A stretch of DNA of 64,000 bases from an uncultured Holophaga sp. (GCA_963664825.1 OY761614.1:3104001-3168000), one strand, 5' to 3'; positions 34,013 to 42,934 are shown, numbered from the stretch's first letter. Notes: generated by a model from the sequence alone, not told the origin. Translations and numbers: made by a program.

Positions 34013-35188
34013 TCAATCCTCTTTTCGGAGCGCATGCTTGGGGCTGCTGCCGGGCCCCACGCCAAGGGTACGCCCAAGCGCTTCGATCTGGGCGCGGATG
34101 GAGGCCGTGGTGATATCGGCCGTCTCGTGGAGCCCCGCCTTGCCGGGGTAGATCTGGTAGAGCTCCCGGTATTTGGGAGGGGTGAGGTTCGGCATGATGA
34201 CATTGGCGCCCCGGGAGAGGCCATTGGCCCGGCCCGATCCTGGATCCAGGGTGGCCAGGGCCGTGGTGCTGGGGATATTGGTATCGGGGCAGAGGAGCCG
34301 CGTGAGGGCCAGGGCCTTGAGGGTGGTCAGGGGGTCATTGGGCACCTGCTCGGTGCCGGCCTCCACCATCAGCATCTCCCCCAGGGGGCCTTCCAGGGGC
34401 GTGCCGGGGCTCGGGATGTAGGGTCCGATGCCAATCATGTCCATGCCGTATTGGCGGAAGGTCCAGATATCCTGGGCCAGGGTCTCCCAGGCCTGGCCCG
34501 GGATGCCCACCATGACGCCCGTGCCGATCTCGAAGCCCATCTCCCGCAGGCGTTCCAGCTGATCGAGGCGATTGGACGAACCCCCTACTAAATCTGATGG
34601 GATGGTTGGGCTCTGCCCGACCATCCCATGGGGGTCCAAGGGGGGACATCGCGACCCAAGGGAGCAGGCGGTCCCCCCTTTTAAATTCGGATGGATGCGG
34701 CGGTAGAGGTCCTCGTCCGTGGTCTCGAAGCGCAGGAGGTAGCGGTCCGCCCCCGCTTCCCGCCAGGTCCGCAGCTCCTCGTCGCTGCGCTCTCCCAGGG
34801 AGAGCGTGATGGCCAGTCCCGTGCGCTCCTTGATCTTCCGGATGATCTCCGCCATCCATTCGCCAGTGATGCCCGGGTCCTCCCCCGCCTGCATGACCAC
34901 GGTGCCGAAGCCGTATGCGAGGGCCTTGTCGGCGCATTCCAGGATCTCCTCCTGGCTCATGCGGTAGCGCTCGATCCTGGGGGCGCAGGCCGAGATGCCG
35001 CAGTAGGCGCAGGATCTCACGCAGTGATTGGAGACCTCGATGAGGCCGCGCAGATGGACCTCGTCGCCGACATGGTGGCGCCGTGTGGCGTCGGCGGCTT
35101 CCCAGAGGCGCTCCAGGTCGTCCTCTTCTTCGGCCCTCAGCCAGGCCAGGATGCCATCTCGATCGAGGGTGCTTTCGGAATCAGACAT
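34013..35188 (-). CDS. hydE: [FeFe]-hydrogenase maturase HydE paralogue 2 (radical SAM); no auxiliary-cluster cysteines; 31-aa insertion
   Basis: RGLIEVSNHCVRSCAYC, GADRYLLRFET, NIPSTTAL, GANVIMPN and YQIYPGK. Confidence 0.88.
   Translation of the reverse strand: MSDSESTLDRDGILAWLRAEEEDDLERLWEAADATRRHHVGDEVHLRGLIEVSNHCVRSCAYCGISACAPRIERYRMSQEEILECADKALAYGFGTVVMQAGEDPGITGEWMAEIIRKIKERTGLAITLSLGERSDEELRTWREAGADRYLLRFETTDEDLYRRIHPNLKGGTACSLGSRCPPLDPHGMVGQSPTIPSDLVGGSSNRLDQLERLREMGFEIGTGVMVGIPGQAWETLAQDIWTFRQYGMDMIGIGPYIPSPGTPLEGPLGEMLMVEAGTEQVPNDPLTTLKALALTRLLCPDTNIPSTTALATLDPGSGRANGLSRGANVIMPNLTPPKYRELYQIYPGKAGLHETADITTASIRAQIEALGRTLGVGPGSSPKHALRKED
34581..34686. mobile_element. In-frame 93-bp double-hairpin palindromic insertion (MITE/RPE-like) in hydE paralogue 2
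   Basis: 15-bp stem 34597-34629; 10-bp stem 34638-34680; flanking imperfect direct repeats CCCCCTacTAAAT / CCCCCTttTAAAT 93 bp apart; segment absent from the adjacent paralogue. Confidence 0.7.
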
Positions 35189-35191
35189 GGT

Positions 35192-36286
35192 TCACTCAGA
35201 GAGAAGAAGGGAAGATCCCTGGCGGCGTCCACCGGCACCGCTGCCCAGGCTCCGGCCCAGGGAATGGATGCGGCCCTCCATGCACCCTCGGCACATCAGG
35301 GCCGTCTCGTGGATGCAGGCCTTGCCGGGGTAGATCGCATAGAGCGTCCGGTATTTCGTGGGGGTGACATTGGGCATGACGACATTGGCGCCGCGCATCA
35401 GGCCCAGCTCCCGGCCCTGGTCCTTGTCCAGGGTGGCCAGCGCCGTGGTGCTGGGGATATTGGCCTCGGGGCACAGGATGCGGGTCAGGGCGATGAGCTT
35501 GAGGGTCGTCAATTCGTCGGCGGGCACCTGCTCCGAACCCGCTTTGGCCCGCAGGTCCGCGCCCAGGGGGCCGTCCAGGGGCGTGCCGGGGCTCAGGATG
35601 AAGGGGCCCACGCCGATCATGTCGAGATCGAGGGCGCGGAAGGCCTCCAGGTCCCGGGCGAGGATCTCCCAGGTCTGGCCCGGGATGCCCACCATCACGC
35701 CGCTGCCGATCTCGTAGCCCATCTCGCGCATCCCCAGGAGCAGCGCGAGGCGGTCCGAGACCGTGCCTTCCAGGCTCGGGTGGATGCGCCCGTAGAGTTC
35801 CGGGTCGGAGGTCTCGAAGCGCAGCAGGTAGCGATCCGCGCCAGCGGCTTTCCAGGCCTTCAGCTCCGATTCGCTGCGCTCCCCCAGGCTCAGCGTGATG
35901 GCCAGACCCGTCTCGGCCTTGATGTTCCGCAGGAGCTCGGCCACCTTGTCTCGGCTCAGCACCAGGTCCTCCCCGGCCTGAAGCACCGTGGTCCCGTAGC
36001 CCAGGCGCTGGACTTCCCTGGCGCACTGGAGGATCTCCTCGGCGCTCATGCGGTAGCGAGGGAGGCCCTTCGATGCGCTGCTGATGCCGCAATAGGCGCA
36101 GCGACGCATGCAGTGGTTGGATATCTCCAGCAGGCCGCGCATGTGGACCTCTTCCCCCACATGCTGCCTTCGCACTTCGTCAGCCCGTGTCCACAAGGGT
36201 TCGAGCCTTACTTCATCGGTCTCCCTCAACCAGCGGAGGATCTCGTCATGGGGCAGGGGGCTCGCCTTTTCGCAACCTTCGCACAT
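35192..36286 (-). CDS. hydE: [FeFe]-hydrogenase maturase HydE paralogue 1 (radical SAM) with C-terminal CX7CX2C
   Basis: NHCMRRCAYC, GADRYLLRFET and YAIYPGKACIHETALMCRGC; TGATG-coupled to hydF. Confidence 0.9.
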   Translation of the reverse strand: MCEGCEKASPLPHDEILRWLRETDEVRLEPLWTRADEVRRQHVGEEVHMRGLLEISNHCMRRCAYCGISSASKGLPRYRMSAEEILQCAREVQRLGYGTTVLQAGEDLVLSRDKVAELLRNIKAETGLAITLSLGERSESELKAWKAAGADRYLLRFETSDPELYGRIHPSLEGTVSDRLALLLGMREMGYEIGSGVMVGIPGQTWEILARDLEAFRALDLDMIGVGPFILSPGTPLDGPLGADLRAKAGSEQVPADELTTLKLIALTRILCPEANIPSTTALATLDKDQGRELGLMRGANVVMPNVTPTKYRTLYAIYPGKACIHETALMCRGCMEGRIHSLGRSLGSGAGGRRQGSSLLLSE

Positions 36287-37518
36287 CAGGACTTGCGGCC
36301 TTTCATGAAGGCTTCCAATGCCGCCGGAAATGGCGCCAGGGCTCGTTCCAGGATGCCCAGGGAGTAGGCGATGGTGAGGCCGTAGTTGGTGAGGGAAACA
36401 GAGGCCTCCCGGGCGCGATGGAGGCGACTGAGCATCTCCCGGCGGTTCCCGGTGCAGTTGCCGCAGTGGACGATGAGTTTGTAGGGGCTCAGATCCTGAG
36501 GGAAGTCCCGGCCCTGCACATGGGCGAATTCCAGCTCGGCGCCCACATACTGGGTGAGCCAGTGGGGGATCTTCACCCGGCCGATATCCTCGCTGATGGG
36601 GTGATGGCTGCAGGTCTCCGCGATGAGCACCCTGTCGCCGCCCTTGAGTTTTTCGATGCCCAGCGTGCCGCGCACCTGTTCCACCAGATCGCCCTGGAAG
36701 CGGGCCATGAGGATGCTGAAGGAGGTCATGGGGATTTCCAAGGGCACATCCGCCGCCACTCTCTGGAAGGCCTGGGAGTCCGTGACGACCAGGGCGGGGG
36801 GCCTCGAGAGCCCGGTCAAGGCGTGCTTGAGTTCCCGGTCCTGGCAGACCAGGGACATGGAACCGCCATCCAGCAGATCGCGGACGGCCATGACCTGGGG
36901 CAGGATCAGGCGGCCCTTGGGGGCCTCCTTGTCGATGGGCATGACGAGCACGGCCGTTTCTCCCGGGGGCACCAGGTCGGAGACCAGCCAGCGGCTGTCG
37001 AAGAAGTCCCCGGGGGCCAGGTTCAGCAGGGCCTCTCTCACATCCAGGATGCCCGCACCGGTGGATGCGGTCACAGAGACCACGGCCACACCGCGGGCTT
37101 CCAGGGCCGCCCGTTCCTCGGGGGTGGGAGCGTTCAGATCCTGTTTATTGAGCACCACCAGGGTCGGGACCCTGCGGCTCTGCAATTCCTTCAGCAGTCC
37201 CTCCTCGAAGAAGCCCCAGGCACCGGCTTCCGTGACGATGACGCCCAGGTCCACACGTTCGAAGACGGTCTTGGTGCGGGCGATGCGCAGTTCGCCCAGG
37301 GCGCCTTCGTCGTCCACGCCAGCCGTATCCACGAATTGCACGGGGCCCAGGGGCAGAAGCTCCATGGGCTTTTCCACGGGATCGGTGGTGGTTCCGGCGT
37401 GCTCACTGACGATAGACACCTGCTGTCGTGTGATGGCATTGAGCAGGGAGGACTTCCCCACATTGCGGCGGCCGAAGAGACCGATATGGAGGCGGAGGGA
37501 CTTGGGTGTGGATTGCAT
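36286..37518 (-). CDS. hydF: [FeFe]-hydrogenase H-cluster maturation GTPase HydF
   Basis: GRRNVGKSS, GTTTDPV, DTAG, NKQD, APKGRLILPQV, TDSQ, ETCSHH, HCGNC and TNYG. Confidence 0.96.
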   Translation of the reverse strand: MQSTPKSLRLHIGLFGRRNVGKSSLLNAITRQQVSIVSEHAGTTTDPVEKPMELLPLGPVQFVDTAGVDDEGALGELRIARTKTVFERVDLGVIVTEAGAWGFFEEGLLKELQSRRVPTLVVLNKQDLNAPTPEERAALEARGVAVVSVTASTGAGILDVREALLNLAPGDFFDSRWLVSDLVPPGETAVLVMPIDKEAPKGRLILPQVMAVRDLLDGGSMSLVCQDRELKHALTGLSRPPALVVTDSQAFQRVAADVPLEIPMTSFSILMARFQGDLVEQVRGTLGIEKLKGGDRVLIAETCSHHPISEDIGRVKIPHWLTQYVGAELEFAHVQGRDFPQDLSPYKLIVHCGNCTGNRREMLSRLHRAREASVSLTNYGLTIAYSLGILERALAPFPAALEAFMKGRKS

Positions 37519-37659
37519 AAGGACCTCTGGAGCGGAGCCGGGGCTCCCATGACAGGATGACCGAGAGAGGGCGCCCGTGACTTGACCTGGAGCAAAAGGC
37601 CCAGGGGCACCAAAAGAATCCTTGGATTATGGGGGGCAGTGCTAGAATCGTTCATCGCA

Positions 37660-38148
37660 ATGGTCCCAATAGGTGGAATCGTGGAATCGGATCATCCCAG
37701 CGGTGCCCTCTTGAATGGGTCGGCGTTCTCGGCCTCATGGCCCCCGGAACTCGATACCGGCGTGCCGGCCCTCGACGAGCAGCATCGTCTCCTGGATCGC
37801 ATCCTCTCCAGCCTCATCCAGACCCTGCAGGTGCAAGCTTTTCCCCGGGATTTGGGGGCGCGGATCGAACAGTTGCTATGCTTGGTAGACGAGCACTTCG
37901 CCACGGAGGAGGCCGTGTTGGAGACCTGCGCCTACCCGCATCTGGGGCCGCATCGGGCCGAGCACGAGGTCCTGGTGGAGCGCATGCGGGGGCTGCAGCG
38001 CTTCTATGCCGAATCCGACGCGCCACCCCTGGTGGAAATGGTCCAGCAGGCCCGGGAAATGCTGCGGACCCATGTGCGCGAGGTGGACCAGGACTACGCG
38101 GCCTACCTGAGCCAGGCTCTCGGGTTCAAGCCGCTGCCGACGCCCTGA
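37660..38148 (+). CDS. Single-domain bacteriohemerythrin
   Basis: W...TGVPALDEQH, HFATEE, YPHLGPHRAEH and HVREVD di-iron ligand pattern; start uncertain (37660 or 37681). Confidence 0.85.
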   Translation: MVPIGGIVESDHPSGALLNGSAFSASWPPELDTGVPALDEQHRLLDRILSSLIQTLQVQAFPRDLGARIEQLLCLVDEHFATEEAVLETCAYPHLGPHRAEHEVLVERMRGLQRFYAESDAPPLVEMVQQAREMLRTHVREVDQDYAAYLSQALGFKPLPTP

Positions 38149-38267
38149 AGCGTCGGGTCTCTCTTGGAAAACACAGGGATCTTCTCCTTTGCCGGGAAGC
38201 CCACTATTGTGAGTGAGGCCGCGTGGGCGAAGCATCCAAGTTGCCCCGCTAGGAAGAGGGCTTTCCC

Positions 38268-39155
38268 ATGGAAACCAAATCCAAGATGCATCTCCTGATC
38301 GGAGTCCTGGCCGCCGCCCTCCTCTGTGCGGGGGGCTATGGGCTCTACAGGGAATCCCATCGGAAGACCCTAGAAACCCCGGTCCAAGGGCTGGCACAGG
38401 CCGAGGCCTCGAATGGGGCCTCCCTGCGGATCGAGACGCTTTCGGCGGCCTCTCCCGATAGCTCGGGGCTCGAGGCCCATGTGATCGGCAACCCCGGGCT
38501 CAGCTTCGAGTGGTCCATCCAGGGAGGGAAATTGGAATCCGGCAACCAGCGGGAAACGGTCCTTTGGGCCGCGGGTCCCGCAGGCGAAGTGGTCCTCAAC
38601 TGCCGGGCCTTCGATGGGACGGGCGCTGAAACCTCCACGTCCGTGCGGATCCCCATCAAACCGGTCCCAACCATCGCCCTCCTGGAGGCCGTGCCATCGG
38701 TCCTCACCCTTGGGGCGAGCGCCAAGCTGGGCTGGACGGTGAAGGATTGCAAGAAGCTCGTGCTGGATCCCGGCGGGCGGGACGTGACGGCCTTGACCGG
38801 GCCCGGCCTGGAGGTGAAACCCACCGAGACGACGGTCTACACCCTCACGGCCACCCATGCCTCGGGCACCACCGTCACTCGGAACCTTACGGTCAAGGTG
38901 CTGCCCGCGCCCCAGGTCCTTTCCCTGCGCGCTGAGCCCAGATCGGGCGTTGCGGACGCCTTCACCGTCATCGGGGAATTCAAGGGGGGGAAAGCCGAAC
39001 TGAAGGATGGCGGTGCCGTGCTTGCCTGTGGGAATGAGAGCCCCTTGCGGGCCGAACTCACTGGGGTGAAACCCGGCGCTTCCGTGAGCCTGGTGGTCAC
39101 CAGCGAGACCGGGGCCACCGTTACGGCCTCCGTGCAGTTCGCCGTGAAGAAGTAA
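38268..39155 (+). CDS. Membrane-anchored beta-rich (Ig/PKD-like) hypothetical protein
   Basis: N-terminal TM segment; FEWSIQGG and PTETTVYTLTA beta-sandwich-type repeats. Confidence 0.6.
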   Translation: METKSKMHLLIGVLAAALLCAGGYGLYRESHRKTLETPVQGLAQAEASNGASLRIETLSAASPDSSGLEAHVIGNPGLSFEWSIQGGKLESGNQRETVLWAAGPAGEVVLNCRAFDGTGAETSTSVRIPIKPVPTIALLEAVPSVLTLGASAKLGWTVKDCKKLVLDPGGRDVTALTGPGLEVKPTETTVYTLTATHASGTTVTRNLTVKVLPAPQVLSLRAEPRSGVADAFTVIGEFKGGKAELKDGGAVLACGNESPLRAELTGVKPGASVSLVVTSETGATVTASVQFAVKK

Positions 39156-39190
39156 CCTCCCCTCAGAAATCGACAAGGGCTGTCCTGTTC

Positions 39191-39206
39191 TGTGATTTTG
39201 CTCACG
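39191..39206. promoter_or_regulatory. CRP-family-like operator upstream of the flavoprotein operon
   Basis: TGTGA-ttttgc-TCACG, 9/10 match to TGTGA-N6-TCACA. Confidence 0.4.
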
Positions 39207-39326
39207 ATCCTTCCGATGGGGTCTGGCCCGATGGTTCAATAAAGTGCGCCCCCATTTCCAGTCAGGGAGGCGGATCTTTCAGGTTCCGCGCTCTAGATGA
39301 TCGGCTTTCCGCCGAGGAGTCCTCGT

Positions 39327-41456
39327 ATGTCCGATTTTCGCATCCAGGAACACCCCATTCTTCCTTCGCCGGGAGAGCCCACCGTGCCCTTCACCTGGCA
39401 GGGGCAGGCCATGAAGGCTCGGGAGGGCGAGGTCATCGCCTCGGCCCTCTTCGCCAACGGCGTGCGCGTCTTCGGCCACCACCACAAGGACGGTTCGCCT
39501 CAGGGGATCTTCTGCGCCAACGGCCAGTGCGCCCAGTGCTCCGTCCGGGCCGATGGGCTCTCCGTGAAGTCCTGCATGGTGCCGGTGAAGCCGGGCATGG
39601 CGGTCGAACCCCTCGAGGGGCGCGCCACGCTGCCGGAGGTTTCAGCCGTGCCGGAGTTCCGCGAGATTGAGACGGTGGAAACCGAAGTGCTCATCCTGGG
39701 CGGCGGCCCGGCTGGCCTCTCGGCAGCCATCGAACTGGCCAAGGCGGGCGTGGGTGTGCTCCTCGTCGATGACAAGGCGGCTCTCGGGGGCAAGCTCGTC
39801 CTCCAGACCCACAAATTCTTCGGCAGCATTGACGCCTGTCACGCGGGCACCCGGGGTAGGGACATCGGCCAGAAGCTGGAGGCCCAGGTCCGCGGCTTCG
39901 AGAACGTGCGCGTCTGGACCGAGACCACGGCCATCGCCGTCTTCTCGGATCGCAAGGTGGGCCTCCTGCGCCAGGGCCATTACGTGCTGGTGAGGCCCCA
40001 GATGCTCTTGGTGGCCACGGGATCCCGCGAGAAGTCCCTGGTCTTCAAGGGCAACACTCTGCCGGGAGTCTACGGCGCCGGGGCCTTCCAGACCCTGGTG
40101 AACCGCGATCTGGTGCGCCCTACCGAGCGCCTCTTCGTCATCGGCGGCGGCAACGTGGGCCTCATTGCGGCCTACCACGCCCTCCAGGCGGGCATCCAGG
40201 TGGTGGGACTCTGCGAGGCGCTGGAGGAATGCGGCGGCTACAAGGTCCATAAGGATAAGCTGGTGCGCATGGGCGTGCCCATCTACACGCGCCACACGGT
40301 GGTCTGCGCCAACGGCAAGGAAGAAGTCGAAAGCGTGACCATCGCCCAGCTGGATGATCGCTGGAAGATCATTCCCGGCACCGAGCAGACCTTCCAGTGC
40401 GATACGGTGCTGGTGGCCGTGGGGCTGGAGCCCGTGGACGAGTTTTTGAAGAAGGCCAAGGAATTCGGCCTGCCCTTTTTCGCCGCAGGGGACGCCGAGG
40501 AGATCGCCGAGGCCTCCGCCGCCATGTTCACCGGCAAGATTCGGGGCCTGGAGATCGCCAAGGCCCTGGGCCGGAATGTGGGCGAGGTGCCCCCGGAATG
40601 GCACCGCACGGCACAGATTCTGAAGAGCCGCCCCGGCGCCACCCTCACCGAGGATATCCCCGAGGACGAGCAGGGTGTCTTCCCCATCTTCCATTGCAGT
40701 CAGGAGATTCCCTGCAACCCCTGCACCTCCATCTGCCCCAAGGGCGCCATCCGCATCGAGGGCAATGACATTTTGGGCCTGCCGATGTTCAGCGCAGATG
40801 ATTGCATCGCCTGTGAACAGTGCGTGGCCGTCTGCCCGGGGCTCGCCATCACCCTGGTGGACTTCCGGTCGGGAAATGATGTGCTGGTGAGCATCCCCTA
40901 CGAGTTCCCCGGCACGCGCATCCATGAGGGCGATGTCGTTACGGTGCTCGATACCCTGGGCATGCCCCTGGGCAATGTGCCGGTGGTGAAGGTGCGCAGC
41001 CCCAAGTTCGCCGATCACGCCCTGCTGGTGAAGGTGAAGGCTCCCAAAGAAATCGCCAAACTCATCGCGGGCATCCGCGTGCAGGAACCCTGGATCACGG
41101 AGCCTGCCGGGGAGACCCTGGAGCGCATGGATGATGACGAGATCGTGTGTCGCTGCGAGCGGGTGACGGCAGGGGAAATCCGCGCCCTCATCCGTCAGGG
41201 CGTGCGCGACATGAACCAGCTCAAGGCCGCCACCCGCTCAGGCATGGGGGCCTGCGGCGGGAAGACCTGCCCCAGCCTCATCCAGCGCATCTTCCGGGAG
41301 GAGGGTGTGCCGGAGAGCCAGATCACGGGCTTCACCAAACGGCCCGTCTTCATCGAAGTGCCCTTGGGCGCCTTCGCGGGGGTCATCACAGGCGATGAAC
41401 CGGCCCCGGACCCCCGCCCCAGTCACGCCGTGAGCGCTTCCCAGGGAGGTCTGTGA
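39327..41456 (+). CDS. Fused FAD/Fe-S oxidoreductase: 2Fe-2S + pyridine nucleotide-disulfide domain + 2x[4Fe-4S] + BFD-like; sarcosine oxidase alpha / proline dehydrogenase / HcnAB-like
   Basis: FCANGQCAQC...SC; GGGPAGL; GGGNVG; CNPCTSICP and CIACEQCVAVCP; CRCERV...GACGGKTC. Confidence 0.85.
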   Translation: MSDFRIQEHPILPSPGEPTVPFTWQGQAMKAREGEVIASALFANGVRVFGHHHKDGSPQGIFCANGQCAQCSVRADGLSVKSCMVPVKPGMAVEPLEGRATLPEVSAVPEFREIETVETEVLILGGGPAGLSAAIELAKAGVGVLLVDDKAALGGKLVLQTHKFFGSIDACHAGTRGRDIGQKLEAQVRGFENVRVWTETTAIAVFSDRKVGLLRQGHYVLVRPQMLLVATGSREKSLVFKGNTLPGVYGAGAFQTLVNRDLVRPTERLFVIGGGNVGLIAAYHALQAGIQVVGLCEALEECGGYKVHKDKLVRMGVPIYTRHTVVCANGKEEVESVTIAQLDDRWKIIPGTEQTFQCDTVLVAVGLEPVDEFLKKAKEFGLPFFAAGDAEEIAEASAAMFTGKIRGLEIAKALGRNVGEVPPEWHRTAQILKSRPGATLTEDIPEDEQGVFPIFHCSQEIPCNPCTSICPKGAIRIEGNDILGLPMFSADDCIACEQCVAVCPGLAITLVDFRSGNDVLVSIPYEFPGTRIHEGDVVTVLDTLGMPLGNVPVVKVRSPKFADHALLVKVKAPKEIAKLIAGIRVQEPWITEPAGETLERMDDDEIVCRCERVTAGEIRALIRQGVRDMNQLKAATRSGMGACGGKTCPSLIQRIFREEGVPESQITGFTKRPVFIEVPLGAFAGVITGDEPAPDPRPSHAVSASQGGL

Positions 41457-42613
41457 TGAGCACAGCCGTGTATGACGTCATCGTGGTGGGGGCAGGTTCG
41501 GTGGGCATGCCCACCTCCATGCGCCTGGCTGAGCAGGGGCTGAAGGTGCTTTGCCTGGACCAGTTCGCTTCTTCCGGCCAGGGCAGCAACAAGGCCGCCA
41601 TCGGAGGCCTGCGCGCCACCCATTCGGCCCCGGCCAAGATCAAGCTCTGCCTGGATTCCCTGAAGGTCTTCTCCAGCTGGAAGGAGACCCACGGCGATGA
41701 TCTCGAATGGCGCCAGGGAGGCTACCTCTTCGTGGCCTACCGGTCCCAGGACGAGAAGATCCTCAAGGATCTGCTGGTGGTGCAGAAGGGCCTGGGCCTC
41801 AATATCGATTGGTATGACAAGGCAGGGCTACTCAAACTGGTGCCCTCGCTGAATCCCGAGGGGTTGATCGGGGGCACCTTCAGCCCCGAGGACGGGGGCG
41901 CTTCGCCCCTCCTCAGCGGGCTGGCCTTCCATCGCAGGGCCGTCTCCCTCGGGGTGGAATGCCGCTTCAACGAGCGGGTCACCTCCATCATCCGTCGCAA
42001 GGGCAAGGTGGTAGGCGTGCGCACGGATAAGGGCGGCTACGCCACCGAGTGCGTGATCAACGCCGCCGGGGCCTGGGCGCGGCAACTGGCCCAGGCCGGA
42101 GGCCTCGATGTCCCGGTGGCTCCCGATTGCCACGAGGCAGGCATCACCGAACCCGCGGCCCGCTTCCTGGAACCCATGGTGGTCGATATCCGCCCCGCAC
42201 CTGGCAGCGTGAACTACTACTTCCACCAGATCCAGCCCGGCCAGGTGGTCTTCTGCATCACGCCGGACCCCGCCATCGTAGCCTCGGATCGCCGGGAGAC
42301 CAGCGCCTACCTGCCCATGGTGGCCCGGCGCATGGTCGACCTCATGCCTCAACTTGGCAACCTGAAGGTGCGCCGCACCTGGCGCGGGCTCTATCCCATG
42401 ACCCCCGATGGCAGCCCCCTCATCGGCCGCTCACGGGAGCTGGAGGGCTACATCGACGCCATCGGCATGTGCGGTCAGGGCTACATGCTGGGCCCTGGCG
42501 TGGGCGCCCTGGTGGCCCGCCTCGCCACCGGTAGCCTTCAAGATGGCGATGCGGCCATCCTGGAGGAACTGAGCCCCAGCCGCGTGTTCGGCGGGGCCGA
42601 GGCGCTGGCATAG
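41456..42613 (+). CDS. FAD-dependent amino acid oxidoreductase (DAO family; SoxB/PdhB/HcnC-like)
   Basis: GAGSVG, INAAGAWA, RTWRGLYPMTPDGSPLIG and GMCGQGYMLGP; TGATG-coupled. Confidence 0.88.
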   Translation: MSTAVYDVIVVGAGSVGMPTSMRLAEQGLKVLCLDQFASSGQGSNKAAIGGLRATHSAPAKIKLCLDSLKVFSSWKETHGDDLEWRQGGYLFVAYRSQDEKILKDLLVVQKGLGLNIDWYDKAGLLKLVPSLNPEGLIGGTFSPEDGGASPLLSGLAFHRRAVSLGVECRFNERVTSIIRRKGKVVGVRTDKGGYATECVINAAGAWARQLAQAGGLDVPVAPDCHEAGITEPAARFLEPMVVDIRPAPGSVNYYFHQIQPGQVVFCITPDPAIVASDRRETSAYLPMVARRMVDLMPQLGNLKVRRTWRGLYPMTPDGSPLIGRSRELEGYIDAIGMCGQGYMLGPGVGALVARLATGSLQDGDAAILEELSPSRVFGGAEALA

Positions 42614-42709
42614 GACATCCCCTGGCGTGGGTTAGAGCGGAGGGCCCCCCGATTCTGCCGGTGGCCGTCATGCTATCTTGATCCACAAATTCCCACCCAC
42701 AGGTGACCC

Positions 42710-42913
42710 ATGAAAAAACGTTCCATCCGAGTCCTCTTCGTCCTCTCGGCTCTTGCGCTGCTAGGTGCCAGCACTCTTACGGCCGCAGACAAGAAGGAGA
42801 AATTCACTCAGGGAAAGAAGGGGAAAGCCAAGGAGGCCCTTGAGGAAAGTGCCGGGAAGAAGGTGAAGGACGTCAAGGTGCCCGAGCCTCCCAAACCCAC
42901 CAAGGTGAAGTAG
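42710..42913 (+). CDS. Small secreted Lys-rich protein
   Basis: Classical signal peptide followed by a K/E-rich 40-aa tail; AGGTG SD. Confidence 0.6.
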   Translation: MKKRSIRVLFVLSALALLGASTLTAADKKEKFTQGKKGKAKEALEESAGKKVKDVKVPEPPKPTKVK

Positions 42914-42934
42914 GGATCCTGATCTCTGTCGCGG

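Noticed and set aside
36262..36282. TCGC repeats at the hydE start as a third operator copy
   Set aside because: Periods are 8 and 9 bp rather than 11, and they lie in coding sequence.
34013..36286. hydE duplication as an assembly artefact
   Set aside because: The copies differ at many synonymous and non-synonymous sites and by an indel.
39227..39241. Sigma54 promoter TGGCCC-N5-TTCA before the flavoprotein operon
   Set aside because: It lacks the conserved -12 GC; too weak to call.
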